Shown here in pieces: positions 46,534 to 57,548 of a DNA stretch of 64,000 nucleotides (the stretch's first letter is position 1; each line of letters begins with the position of its first letter). This DNA is from Nannocystis bainbridge (GTDB taxonomy: Bacteria > Myxococcota_A > Polyangia > Nannocystales > Nannocystaceae). The position numbers and the translations under genes are program-made. The notes beneath the pieces were generated by a model. That model saw nothing but the letters and a program-made list of their open reading frames with translations, made no database searches and was not told the DNA's origin. Location: the NCBI RefSeq assembly GCF_028368995.1, contig NZ_JAQNDL010000002.1:1344001-1408000 (forward strand). The letters run 5' to 3'.

Positions 46534-48957
46534 GTGAACGAAGCGCCGCGGACAGGTCGCTCGCGCCTGCGAAAGATCGGGCTGTGGTGCCTCGGCCTGG
46601 CGGGGACCGGCATGGTCCTCGGGGCAGGCACGGTGGCCGGTGTGTTCTGGTACTACGGTCGCGGGATCGAGGGCATCGATGTCGCCGCGATCCGCGACTA
46701 TCGGCCGCCGCAGGTCACGCGGATCGTCGCGCGCGACGGCGTGGTCATCGGCGAGATCTTCAGCGAGCGGCGCACGCTGGTCGGCTACGAGGACATCCCG
46801 GCCCACGTCGAGAACGCCTTCCTCGCGGCCGAGGACGGCGATTTCTACAACCACGAGGGCATGGACTACGTCGGCATGGTGCGCGCCATGCTGAGCAACA
46901 TCGAGGCCGGCGAGATCCGCCAGGGCGCTTCGACGATCACGCAGCAGGTGGTGAAGAACTTCCTGCTGTCGCCGGAGCGGACCTTCGAGCGCAAGATCCA
47001 GGAGATCCTGCTCGCGCGCCGGCTCGAGCGCGCGCTGAGCAAGCGCGAGATCCTCGAGCTGTACCTCAACGAGATTTACTTCGGCCACGGCCGCTACGGC
47101 ATCGAGGAGGCCAGCCGCTTCTATTTCGGCAAGAGCGTCCGCGACATCAACGTCGGTCAGGCGGCGCTGCTGGCGTCGCTGCCGAAAGCGCCCGGCAAGT
47201 CGTCGCCGCTCAAGGATCCGCAGCGCTCGAAGGACCGCCAGATCTATGTGTTGCAGCAGATGGTGCGGCACGGGTGGGTCCAGCCGATCGAGGCCGACAA
47301 GTTCATTCAGGGTCCGCTCGAGCTGAGCCCGCAGACGCAGGACGCGGTGGTGGTCGCCGGGGCGCAGGAGTTCGTCGACGCGGCGCGCGAGCGGCTGGTG
47401 GCGATGTACGGGCAGGAGCGTCTCGATCGCCTCGGCGCGACGGTGACGACCACCGTCGATCTCAAGCTGCAAGCGCAGGCCCACGCGGGGCTGATGGAGG
47501 GGCTGGTCGCGCTCGATCGCCGCCAGGGCTACGGCCACAAGATCAAGCCGACGCCGGAGAAGCAGCAGGCGAAGGTGCTCGAGAAGGGCAAGGGGCCGCT
47601 GCAGGTCGGGGCGGTGCTGCCGGGGCTGATCCAGCCGCGTGAGGCGAGCACGCCGGCGGACTCGTTCGTGGTGTTGATCGGCGACCACCGCGTGCTGGTG
47701 AAGGTCCCCGAGGGCTCGCGCTACGACGATCCGAAGCTCTCGACCGACGAGCAGTTTCCGGCCTCCGGGGTGGCGATGGTGCGCATCGTGACGCTGCCGA
47801 CCGCGGAGCAGCCGGCGCGCGGCGAGATCGGGTCGGGGCCGCAGGCGGCGGTGGTGGTCGCGGCGGTCGACACCGGCGAAGTGTTGGCGATGATCGGCGG
47901 CGAGGACTACCAGCGCGGCGATTTCAACCGCGCGTCGGCGGCCAAGCGCCAGCCGGGCTCGTCGTTCAAGCCGTTCGTGTACGGCGCGGCGTTGGCGAGC
48001 GAAAAGTACACCGCGGCGACGATCGTCAACGACTCGCCGGAGATCTACGAGAAGTGGCGGCCGACCAACTTCGAGGCCGACGAGTACCGCGGCGACATCC
48101 GCCTGCGCGTGGCGCTGACGCACTCGGTCAACACGATCGCTATCAAGCTGCTCGACGCGATCGGCTTCGAGGCGGTGCACACGTTCGCGCGGGCGGCGGG
48201 GATCCGCGGCGAGCTGGCGAGCAACCTCGCGCTCGCGCTCGGCGTCAGCGAGCTGACCCCGATCGACGTGCTGTCCGGCTACCTCACGCTCGCGCGCGGC
48301 GGCTCGCACCTCGAGCCGACGGTGATCCGTAAGATCGAGATCCCGGGCGAGGCGGCGTGGGTGCCCGAGCGCGCGCCGCAGCAGGCGCTGCGCGACGACA
48401 TCGTGTTCGTCCTGACGTCGATGATGACGAGCGTGGTCGAGGAGGGTACGGCCAAGGCCGCGCGCGCGCTGGGGCGGCCGTCGGCCGGCAAGACGGGGAC
48501 CTCGGCCGAGCACCGCGACGCGTGGTACGCGGGTTACACGCCGCGCCACGTCGCGGTCGCGTGGGTCGGCTTCGACGTGCCGAAGAAGATCGGCAAGGGC
48601 GAGACCGGCGGCAAGGCGGCGCTGCCGATCTGGATCACGGCGATGAAGGCCGCCGAGGCCGACCAGCCGCCGCTGCCGTTCGTGCCGCCGGCGTCGGTGC
48701 AGGTGCGCACGATCGACCGCCGTACGGGTCTGCTCGCGCCCGCCGACGCCAAGTCCGAGGACGTGCTCGAGGAGTTCTTCATCGCCGGCACCGAGCCGAT
48801 CGAGACCGCGGAGCCCGCGGCCCTGCCGACCGGCGACGTGGTCCTCGATCTGTACGGGGACGGCGACGAGCACGCCGACGCCGCGCCCCCCGCCGAGGCG
48901 CCGGCGCCCGAGGAGCCCAAGAACGGGCTCCCCAGCGTGCATGACGACCCAGGTTGA
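46534..48957 (+). CDS. mrcA: Class A penicillin-binding protein 1A
   Basis: AEDxxFYxHxG, GASTITQQVVKN, SSFK, SVN, KTG. Confidence 0.92.
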   Translation: MNEAPRTGRSRLRKIGLWCLGLAGTGMVLGAGTVAGVFWYYGRGIEGIDVAAIRDYRPPQVTRIVARDGVVIGEIFSERRTLVGYEDIPAHVENAFLAAEDGDFYNHEGMDYVGMVRAMLSNIEAGEIRQGASTITQQVVKNFLLSPERTFERKIQEILLARRLERALSKREILELYLNEIYFGHGRYGIEEASRFYFGKSVRDINVGQAALLASLPKAPGKSSPLKDPQRSKDRQIYVLQQMVRHGWVQPIEADKFIQGPLELSPQTQDAVVVAGAQEFVDAARERLVAMYGQERLDRLGATVTTTVDLKLQAQAHAGLMEGLVALDRRQGYGHKIKPTPEKQQAKVLEKGKGPLQVGAVLPGLIQPREASTPADSFVVLIGDHRVLVKVPEGSRYDDPKLSTDEQFPASGVAMVRIVTLPTAEQPARGEIGSGPQAAVVVAAVDTGEVLAMIGGEDYQRGDFNRASAAKRQPGSSFKPFVYGAALASEKYTAATIVNDSPEIYEKWRPTNFEADEYRGDIRLRVALTHSVNTIAIKLLDAIGFEAVHTFARAAGIRGELASNLALALGVSELTPIDVLSGYLTLARGGSHLEPTVIRKIEIPGEAAWVPERAPQQALRDDIVFVLTSMMTSVVEEGTAKAARALGRPSAGKTGTSAEHRDAWYAGYTPRHVAVAWVGFDVPKKIGKGETGGKAALPIWITAMKAAEADQPPLPFVPPASVQVRTIDRRTGLLAPADAKSEDVLEEFFIAGTEPIETAEPAALPTGDVVLDLYGDGDEHADAAPPAEAPAPEEPKNGLPSVHDDPG

Positions 48958-48981
48958 TGGCTTGATGCTACTGTAGGGAGC

Positions 48982-49608
48982 ATGAGCGGGCAGAAGGTCG
49001 TCGACCTGGTCGTCGAGCACGGCCGGGTCCAGATCGTCCAGGCGGGGGTAGGGGTGGCGCCTCAGGTCGCGCCCGTGCCGCTGACGACCGCCCTGGCGAC
49101 GCGCAGCGGCACCGGCGTGGCCGCCCCGTGGAGCGTGCTGCTCGGCAGCGGCGCGGCGTGCATGGCTCTCGGCGCGGTGACTCTCGGGCTGTTCCCGTTC
49201 TCGGTGCTCGGCCTCGTGTTGACCAACCTGTTGTTCTCGGCCGGGGCCGGGCTGGCCGTGCTGGCGTTCGCCAAGCGTGCGAGCTCGGCGGGCTCATTCG
49301 GTCCCGCGGCATCGCCCGCCCGCGTCGATCCGTCGCTGATCGCCGAGCGCAGCCGGCGCGTCCGGGCGATCCTGCGCGGCGTCGGGCCGATGACCTTCGA
49401 GCGCATCAAGAGTGAGCTCAAATGGACGCAGGTGGCGCTGGTGTCGACGCTGGTGCACATGAAAGAGCAGGGTGAGGTCGTCGAGGACCTCAGCCTCGAC
49501 ACCGGAGAGTGGGTGTACACCTTGGCAGACAACCATGATGCCGTGCTGGGATCTCCCACGCTGGCGGAGCGGCAGGCCCAAGTGGGCGAGGGGAAGGGGC
49601 AAGGATGA
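48982..49608 (+). CDS. Membrane protein with a C-terminal winged-helix-like domain
   Basis: Two TMs; MTFERIKSELKWT...LVHMKEQGEVVED...GEWVY. Confidence 0.65.
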   Translation: MSGQKVVDLVVEHGRVQIVQAGVGVAPQVAPVPLTTALATRSGTGVAAPWSVLLGSGAACMALGAVTLGLFPFSVLGLVLTNLLFSAGAGLAVLAFAKRASSAGSFGPAASPARVDPSLIAERSRRVRAILRGVGPMTFERIKSELKWTQVALVSTLVHMKEQGEVVEDLSLDTGEWVYTLADNHDAVLGSPTLAERQAQVGEGKGQG

Positions 49609-50162
49609 AGGACAAGAACATCGCGTCGATCCTGGCCTTCCCGCTGTTCGGCGGCTGGGGAGCGCACAAGTTCTACCTCGGGCAAGTCGGCGCGGGCATC
49701 GTCTACCTGGCGTTCGCGTGGACGCTGATCCCGGCGATCATCGCGTTCTTCGAGTTCATCATCCTGGCGCTGATGGACCGCGACGAGTTCAACCGGCGCT
49801 ACAACGGCAACAACGCGCTGACCGGCGCGCCCGTGGTCGTCAACATGCTGCCGCCGGGGCCGGCCTACTACCCGCCGAGCCACTCGCACTACCCGCACGG
49901 CTACCCGCAGCCCGGACATCCGCAGGCGGGCTACCCGTACCCGGCGAACATCTACCCGGGCGTGTATCCGCCCGGGACCCAGCCGCCGGGGCAGATGTCC
50001 GCAGGGACAGGTCCTTCGGGACAGGAGACGCCGGCGCGCAGCGCCGCGGCCGTCGACGAGTTGATCGCCCGCATCGAGAAGCTCAACGAGCTGCGCGTCG
50101 CGGGGCTGCTCACCGACGAGGAGTTCGCGCAGCAGAAGGCCCGCGTGCTGCAGCACATGTGA
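49605..50162 (+). CDS. TM2/NINE domain protein with C-terminal SHOCT
   Basis: KNIASILAF...GAHKFYLGQ; IEKLNELRVAGLLTDEEFAQQKARVL. Confidence 0.88.
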   Translation: MKDKNIASILAFPLFGGWGAHKFYLGQVGAGIVYLAFAWTLIPAIIAFFEFIILALMDRDEFNRRYNGNNALTGAPVVVNMLPPGPAYYPPSHSHYPHGYPQPGHPQAGYPYPANIYPGVYPPGTQPPGQMSAGTGPSGQETPARSAAAVDELIARIEKLNELRVAGLLTDEEFAQQKARVLQHM

Positions 50163-50169
50163 CGGGCCC

Positions 50170-50775
50170 GTGCTCGGCGTCGTCGTCTACTGCGTGTTCG
50201 TGCTGATGATCGGGGTGTCGCTGCGACGCCCGATCGGTTCGCTGGTCGAGGCCCGGCGCCAGCGCGCCAACCTCGAGCGCGAGCTGCGGGCGCTGGCCGA
50301 GGCGCCGGAGCTGCCGAGGGTCCCGAGCGCCCACCTCTCGCCCGGGCTGGCCCGCCTGTTCGACGAGACCCGAATGCTGCGCACGGTCCTGGAGGAGCCG
50401 CTGCAGGCGGTGCGCGCGTGGCAGGCCGCCGATCGCAACCCGTGGCTGGCGCGGGTCGACGTCGGCGACGGCTCGGACCTCGATCGGCTGGAGGAGGTCG
50501 ACGTGGCGCTGGTCAACGCCCGCCGCGGCGTGTGGGACTGGCTGGGGATGGTCGATGGGCTGTCCGAGGCCGACCAGGAGACGCTGATGTGGCTCGGGCT
50601 GTCGGTGGTGCCGGTCCGCGGCGCCCTCGAAGGCCGCGACGCGTTCCGCCGCACGAGCGCGGTCGCCCGCAAGGAGTCGGCGCGGATCGAGCAAGTGGTG
50701 ATGCACGTGCGCGCGGGCCTCGACCGCTTCGAGGGCGGGCTGTCGCGGGCGACCCGGGCCGGGCTGTACCGCTGA
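50170..50775 (+). CDS. Hypothetical protein with N-terminal TM
   Basis: 201-aa ORF starting 7 nt after the TM2 gene. Confidence 0.65.
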   Translation: MLGVVVYCVFVLMIGVSLRRPIGSLVEARRQRANLERELRALAEAPELPRVPSAHLSPGLARLFDETRMLRTVLEEPLQAVRAWQAADRNPWLARVDVGDGSDLDRLEEVDVALVNARRGVWDWLGMVDGLSEADQETLMWLGLSVVPVRGALEGRDAFRRTSAVARKESARIEQVVMHVRAGLDRFEGGLSRATRAGLYR

Positions 50776-50791
50776 GCCTCGGCCGGCGCGA

Positions 50792-51784
50792 TCAGCCGCC
50801 CGAGTAGTGAAGGGCGAACTGCAGGAACTGCGACGGCGGGAGATCGCCGCGGAACGAGCCGACGAGGACCTGGTAGCCGAGGCCGAGGCCGACGCCGTGG
50901 AACAGCTTGCGCGAGCGGTCGGGGCTGAGCAAAAGGCCCAGGTTGAGCTGGGCGCGCGGGCCGTGGGGCAGCATCGCGGGCAGGCGCTCGACGCCGCCTT
51001 CGAGCAGGCGCTCGCGCGTGGGGGCGAAGAAGAAGTCGTAGCCGACGCGGAAGTCGAGGTAACCGCGCTGCAGGAAGCCGAGCCGGCCGAGCGTCAGCGT
51101 CGGACCGCCGCCGAGCAGGCCGGTCATCTGGCTGCGTCCGGTGGGGCCGAAGTCGATCGTGCCGCCCTCGCCGCGCAGGGTCAGCGCGTAGCCGATGAAG
51201 TTGAAGCTCTGGCCGAGGTCGACCTGGGCACCACCTGTCCTTCCGGACAGGCTGGTGTTGCCGAAGCTGCTGCCGATGCTGTACTGGGCGCGGGCGAGGA
51301 TGTGGAACCGGCCCGGGTTGTGCTTGGGGCGGAACATCTCGCGGTACACGGCCGCGACCGCGGCGTCCTCGGCGGCCGCCGCCTCGGCCTCGGTCAGCAC
51401 CGGCTTGCCGGGCCGCTTCGCCGGGTGCTGATTGACCGACGGCCCGAGCAGCGACTCGGCCAGGCCCGGACCCTGAGTCGCCCCGGGGTCGGCGGAGACG
51501 TCCGGTTGCGCGACTGGCGCCGGAACGGGATCGGCTGGGGAGGCGTCTGTCGTGGGTTGGGGCGAAGTCGCGCCAACGTCCGCTGGCGGCACCGGGACTC
51601 CCTCGGTCGGTGCGGGAGTTGCGGGGCCCGGTTCGACGGCGACGGGGGCTGGCGCCGTCGTTCCTGAAACCGTGTTCGTGGGCCGCTGGACAGGCGCCAC
51701 GGCAGGGGCAGCCCCGACGGAGGCCGGGAGGGCGATGACGAGGAAAGCGAGGCCGAACGAGGGGGGCCTCCGGAGCGCGCGCAT
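50792..51784 (-). CDS. Exported protein with Pro-rich linker and beta-barrel-like C-terminus
   Basis: Signal peptide; amphipathic beta strands; ends QFALHYSGG. Confidence 0.7.
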   Translation of the reverse strand: MRALRRPPSFGLAFLVIALPASVGAAPAVAPVQRPTNTVSGTTAPAPVAVEPGPATPAPTEGVPVPPADVGATSPQPTTDASPADPVPAPVAQPDVSADPGATQGPGLAESLLGPSVNQHPAKRPGKPVLTEAEAAAAEDAAVAAVYREMFRPKHNPGRFHILARAQYSIGSSFGNTSLSGRTGGAQVDLGQSFNFIGYALTLRGEGGTIDFGPTGRSQMTGLLGGGPTLTLGRLGFLQRGYLDFRVGYDFFFAPTRERLLEGGVERLPAMLPHGPRAQLNLGLLLSPDRSRKLFHGVGLGLGYQVLVGSFRGDLPPSQFLQFALHYSGG

Positions 51785-51935
51785 GCGACAAGGCTACTCG
51801 GGGCTCAGGAGCGGGGCGAGTCATTTCGTTGCACCCGCCGTGACATGTGTTCAAAATGCCCCCGCGAAGACGCCCGGACGGCCTAAAAGCCCGGATTGGG
51901 CGGTTCTTTCGCTACCCATCGATCGGGAGACCCTC

Positions 51936-52628
51936 ATGATTTTCGCTCACAACCCCCATCGCGGGAACTTCCGCCCAGTCTCTTCGGGCCTGAAGTTCGC
52001 GCTCGTCGCCTCGTTCGCGTTCACGGCGACCGCCCAGCTCGCGGCCTGTGGCCCGACGATCTTCGAAGACGCGTCCGCCCTGTCCGTTGTCGGTGATCCG
52101 CCGCCGCCGCCCCCCAAGCCGAAGGTCGTGCAGGAGAAGCCGAAGCGCGTCGTGGTGGAGGAGAACCGGATCAAGATCAACGAGAAGATCGAGTTCGACT
52201 TCAACAAGGCGACCATCCGCCCCGAGTCGGACGGCCTGATGACCGAGATCATCTCCGTCATCAAGGAGAACCCCCACATCAAGAAGATCGCGATCGAGGG
52301 GCACACCTCGAGCGAGGGCAGCGACAGCTACAACCTCAAGCTGTCGGACAAGCGCGCCAAGGCCGTGATGGAGTACTTCGTCAAGAAGGGCGGGCTCCCC
52401 AAGGAGATGTTCTCCGCCAAGGGCTTCGGCGAGAAGAAGCCGCTGTCCGACGAATCGACGGAGGAGGGCAAGGAGAACAACCGTCGCGTGGAGTTCAACA
52501 TCGTCGAGCAGGACGTGACCCGCAAGCGCGTGGCGATCGACCCCGAGTCGGGTGAGAAGACGGTCATCGATGAGAAGACCAAGACCGAGGACGCAGGCCC
52601 GCCGCCGCCGCCCGCGCCCGCCAAGTGA
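51936..52628 (+). CDS. OmpA-family peptidoglycan-binding lipoprotein
   Basis: Lipobox LAA-C; IEFDFNKA, IEGHT, LSDKRA, NRRVEF. Confidence 0.92.
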   Translation: MIFAHNPHRGNFRPVSSGLKFALVASFAFTATAQLAACGPTIFEDASALSVVGDPPPPPPKPKVVQEKPKRVVVEENRIKINEKIEFDFNKATIRPESDGLMTEIISVIKENPHIKKIAIEGHTSSEGSDSYNLKLSDKRAKAVMEYFVKKGGLPKEMFSAKGFGEKKPLSDESTEEGKENNRRVEFNIVEQDVTRKRVAIDPESGEKTVIDEKTKTEDAGPPPPPAPAK

Positions 52629-52661
52629 GTCACACCGCGAGTTTGCGAAGTTAAGGAGTCC

Positions 52662-53084
52662 GTGATGCCCAAGAGCACGATGTTGAGCCTTCTGTTCGTC
52701 GCTGCGTCCGCGGTCCTGCCGGGATGCAGCTGCGTCGCCCGTGACGCCGAGACGTACAAGAACGACACCCGCAGCCTCCTCGAGACCCGTAACAAGGCGA
52801 TCAAGGACTGCTACGACGTGGCCCTCACCACCGACCCGAAGGTCGACGGCGAGGTCGTGGTCAACTTCACGGTCGAGAAGAAGACCGGGAAGATCATCAA
52901 TGTGGCCGCCGACAAGGAGCGCACCAAGGCGCCCGGCTCGCTGAGCCGGTGCATCGTCGATGCGGTCGACGGGCTGATCCTCGACCCGGTCGACCAGCGC
53001 GACGGCCAGGCGACCTTCAGCTGGAAGTTCCGCGCCAACGAGCCCGCGGCGCCGGTCGAAGAAGAGGCCACGCCGAACAGCTAA
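52662..53084 (+). CDS. Lipoprotein with AgmX/PglI C-terminal (TonB_C-like) domain
   Basis: Lipobox LPG-C; IKDCYD.AL...P.VDGEVVVNFTV...G.I...LSRCI. Confidence 0.75.
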   Translation: MMPKSTMLSLLFVAASAVLPGCSCVARDAETYKNDTRSLLETRNKAIKDCYDVALTTDPKVDGEVVVNFTVEKKTGKIINVAADKERTKAPGSLSRCIVDAVDGLILDPVDQRDGQATFSWKFRANEPAAPVEEEATPNS

Positions 53085-53372
53085 TCGCGCCCGGGCGGCC
53101 ACGCGCCGTCAGGAGCACGGTTGGAGAGCGTCCCCGCCGCGCAGGCCTCGCCTGTGCGGTCGGCGGACGCTCGTTGCGTTGATGGAGCCCGGGTGCGAAC
53201 GGGTATGCCGGGGCTCGCTGGCGGAGGATACGTTTCCGACGCGCCGTGTTTATCCCTGGGCACGTCGCGGCGGGTCGGCGAGGGCGGCGAGTCCGACGAC
53301 GTAGCGAGGAGCTGCGTCACGGAGGGCAGGTGGCGTTGTCGGGGTGGTGGTCCGCGGCCTACACTCGCGGCC

Positions 53373-53885
53373 GTGCGGCACACCATCGAGCACGTGTTCG
53401 ACTGTTCTCCCGAGCGCCTGTGGGAGGTGTTCTTCTTCGACGAGGACTACGCCCGCGGGCTCTACGAGCGCCTGCGGCTCGCGGTGGTCCGGCGCGACCT
53501 GCAGCGCGAGGGCGAAGGACCGACCCTGATCGTGCGCCGCAAGCTGCAGCTGGCGGCCGACCGCGAGCTGCCGGGGGCGCTCAAGCGGCTGTTCCAGGGC
53601 ACGTCGACCGTGACCGAGACCGGCGAGTTCAACGCGGCGCTGCGCCGCTACAGCGTGACGATCCAGGTCCCGGTGATCGGTAACCTGGTCGACTACGGCG
53701 GCGAGTACACCTGGGACACGACGCCCGGCGGCCAGCTGCGCCGCGTGTGGCGGGGTCACTGCGATGCGCGGATCCCCCTCGTCGGCGGCAAGCTCGAGGC
53801 GTACCTGCTCGGGGAGATCGAGAAGAGCATGGCCGAGAACTTCGCCTTCACCCGCGACTACTTGAAGGCGCACCCGGCGAGCTGA
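53373..53885 (+). CDS. DUF2505-like (START/SRPBCC fold) protein
   Basis: IEHVFDCSPERLW...FFDEDY; IPLVGGKLE; GTG start inferred. Confidence 0.75.
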   Translation: MRHTIEHVFDCSPERLWEVFFFDEDYARGLYERLRLAVVRRDLQREGEGPTLIVRRKLQLAADRELPGALKRLFQGTSTVTETGEFNAALRRYSVTIQVPVIGNLVDYGGEYTWDTTPGGQLRRVWRGHCDARIPLVGGKLEAYLLGEIEKSMAENFAFTRDYLKAHPAS

Positions 53886-53987
53886 GCGAGCTGTCCCGAG
53901 GGACAGCCGGCTGATGACGCCGACAAAAGCGAACGGCTCGTCGGAGGACCGACGAGCCGTGCGCGCAGAGCCGGTCGCTCGCGGCGT

Positions 53988-55172
<1,185 letters not shown>

Positions 55173-55191
55173 GCGGAGATGTCCCTTGGGG

Positions 55192-56598
55192 CTACTGCTG
55201 CGAGGCGAGGTAGTCGATGAGGTCGATCTTGGTGAGGAGACCGAGCAGGCGGTCGCCCTCGGTGACCAGCACGACCTTGGCGTCGTTGAAGATGCTGCGC
55301 AGCAGCTGGATGCGGGTGTGCGGGGTGACGGTGGCGTAGTCGCTGTTGACGAGGTCGGCCAGCGGCTCGTCGAGGCGGCCCTCGCTGCGGACGAGGAAGT
55401 TGAGGAGATCGAGCTCGCTGACGATGCCGCAGTGGCGGCCGTGCTCGTCGAGGACCGGCAGCTGGCTGATGCTGTTCTCCTTGAGCGTCTGGATCGCCAC
55501 GCGCACGGAGGTGTCGCGGGAGGCGGTGATCGTGCGCGCGGGCTTGCGCTTGAGGATGTGGGCGACGTAGCCGCTGGCCTCGTCCTCGTCGAGGAAGCCG
55601 TTCTGGCGCATCCAGTCGTCGTTGAAGATCTTGCTGAGGTACTTGGTGCTGCTGTCGGGCAGCAGGACCAGCAGACGCTTGGGCTGCTTGAGGGTGCGGG
55701 CGTACTTGATGGCGCCGAGCACCGCCGCGCCGCCCGAGCCGCCGACCGAGATGCCCTCGCGACGCACGAGGTCGCGCGTCATGATGAAGCACTCCTTGTC
55801 GTCGACCTGGACGATCTCGTCGAGGATGTTGAGGTTCATCGTCGACGGCAGGAAGTCCTCGCCGATGCCCTCCACGTAGTAGCTGAAGGGCTTGGTGAGG
55901 CGGCCGGTCTTGACGTACTCGTAGTAGAGCGAGCCGACCGGATCGACGCCGACGATCTTGATCGCCGGGTTCTTCTCCTTGAAGTAGCGGCCGCAGCCCG
56001 ACAGCGTGCCGCCGGTGCCCATGCCCGAGACGAACACGTCGAACTCGCCGCCGGTCTGCTCCCACATCTCGGGTGCGGTGCTGAGGTAGTGCGCCTCGGG
56101 GTTGGCGGGGTTGTGGTACTGGTTGGCGTAGAACGCCCCCGGCGTCTCCTCGACGATCCGCCGCGAGACCGAGTAGTAGCTGCGCGGGTCGGAGGGGTCG
56201 ACCGCCGTGGGGCACAGCACGACCTTGGCGCCGTACGACTTGAGGTTGTCGATCTTCTCGCGCGACATCTTGTCGGGCATGACGAAGATGCACTTGTAGC
56301 CGCGCGTGGAGGCGATCATCGCCAGGCCGGCGCCGGTGTTGCCGCTGGTGGCCTCGATGATGGTGCCGCCGGGCTGCAACATGCCGCGCGTCTCGGCGTC
56401 GCGGATGATGTTGAGCGCCACGCGGTCCTTCATCGAACCAGCCGGATTCAACATCTCGAGCTTGACGTAGACCTCGGACGTGAGTCCCTCGGTGACGTGG
56501 TTGAGACGGACGATCGGTGTGTGGCCAATCGCGGCGGTGACGTCGGCCCGGGCGCCCTTCATCAGCGCCCGCTCGGGCCGGGACGTATTGTTGCTCAT
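55192..56598 (-). CDS. cbs: Cystathionine beta-synthase with CBS domain pair
   Basis: NPAGSMKDR, TSGNTG, GMGTGGT, KYLSKIFNDDWM, C-terminal ISQLPV. Confidence 0.93.
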   Translation of the reverse strand: MSNNTSRPERALMKGARADVTAAIGHTPIVRLNHVTEGLTSEVYVKLEMLNPAGSMKDRVALNIIRDAETRGMLQPGGTIIEATSGNTGAGLAMIASTRGYKCIFVMPDKMSREKIDNLKSYGAKVVLCPTAVDPSDPRSYYSVSRRIVEETPGAFYANQYHNPANPEAHYLSTAPEMWEQTGGEFDVFVSGMGTGGTLSGCGRYFKEKNPAIKIVGVDPVGSLYYEYVKTGRLTKPFSYYVEGIGEDFLPSTMNLNILDEIVQVDDKECFIMTRDLVRREGISVGGSGGAAVLGAIKYARTLKQPKRLLVLLPDSSTKYLSKIFNDDWMRQNGFLDEDEASGYVAHILKRKPARTITASRDTSVRVAIQTLKENSISQLPVLDEHGRHCGIVSELDLLNFLVRSEGRLDEPLADLVNSDYATVTPHTRIQLLRSIFNDAKVVLVTEGDRLLGLLTKIDLIDYLASQQ

Positions 56599-56691
56599 GA
56601 ACCCTCCGCGGCGTCGTCGCGCGCGCGCGACGAAGATACGGGGGTTTGCGTCAGGTGGCGAGCGCAGGCGCGGCGGTGCGCGTGGCCTTGC

Positions 56692-57369
56692 TCACGGTGA
56701 TGCGGCCGCGCGCTGTTTCCTCCGCTTGCCGACCTCGAAATACCAACCGAGGCTGAAGGTGACGATCGGGTACCAGCGCTTGAGGTCGAGGTTGAGGTGG
56801 ATGAGGTGCGTCTTCATGCCGCCGACGCGCAGGCCGAAGTTGAGCGCGCCGCGGTCGAGCCGGCTGGTCAGCGAGAGCTCGAGCTGCAGCGCGTGGTTGC
56901 CCCACAGCGCCGGCTGGGCCAGCCCCAGGCGACCGTCGTCCTGGTTGGCCACGGTCGGGAACGGGAAGATGAAGCTCCAGCCGGCGGCGGCGCCGAACAG
57001 CTTGCCCTGATAGCCGGCGAACAGGCTCGGCTGCAAGATCGCCGGCATCGCGTTGCGCGAATTGCCGACGTTGTAGCCGATGCCGAGGCTCGGCCGAAAC
57101 ATGGCGTACTTCAAGAACTGCAGCTGATAGGCGACGTCGAGGAGCAGCGGCGCGAAGTGGAAGCGCTGGCACCGCATCGGGCTGTCGTCGCACGCCTGGC
57201 TGGCGCGCACCCAGTCGGCGACGATGGCGATCCGCAGGCGATGCCGCGCCGGCAGCTCGCGCTTGCGCGGATCGGTAAGACCCTCTTCGCCGACGCTGCG
57301 CGCGGGAGCGGCAGCCGCGACGGTCGGCAGCGCGAGCGCGAGCGCGACCAGGACGGAAAGACAGCGCAC
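56692..57369 (-). CDS. Exported beta-rich hypothetical protein
   Basis: Signal peptide LSVLVALALALPTVAAA; aromatic beta strands; start uncertain. Confidence 0.65.
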   Translation of the reverse strand: MRCLSVLVALALALPTVAAAAPARSVGEEGLTDPRKRELPARHRLRIAIVADWVRASQACDDSPMRCQRFHFAPLLLDVAYQLQFLKYAMFRPSLGIGYNVGNSRNAMPAILQPSLFAGYQGKLFGAAAGWSFIFPFPTVANQDDGRLGLAQPALWGNHALQLELSLTSRLDRGALNFGLRVGGMKTHLIHLNLDLKRWYPIVTFSLGWYFEVGKRRKQRAAASP

Positions 57370-57548
57370 GGCCGTCAGGATCAACCGAGCGCGGCGAGGT
57401 GTAAAGGGTTCGACCGATCGCGGTCCGTGCCGGGGCACGGACGGTGCGCACGGGCGATCGGCGGCGCGTGGGCACGGATCGCCGGGATGGCGGCCAACCG
57501 GGGCCGCGGGCCGCGGGGGCCGGATTCGTGGGGGTGAGGCGTCGGGCG

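Noticed and set aside
53891-53906. Match of some motif copies to the E. coli LexA box CTGT-N8-ACAG
   Set aside because: The spacer is GC-rich with fixed CC/GG, and sites are intragenic or at 3' ends and in tandem arrays rather than in SOS promoters; same geometry only
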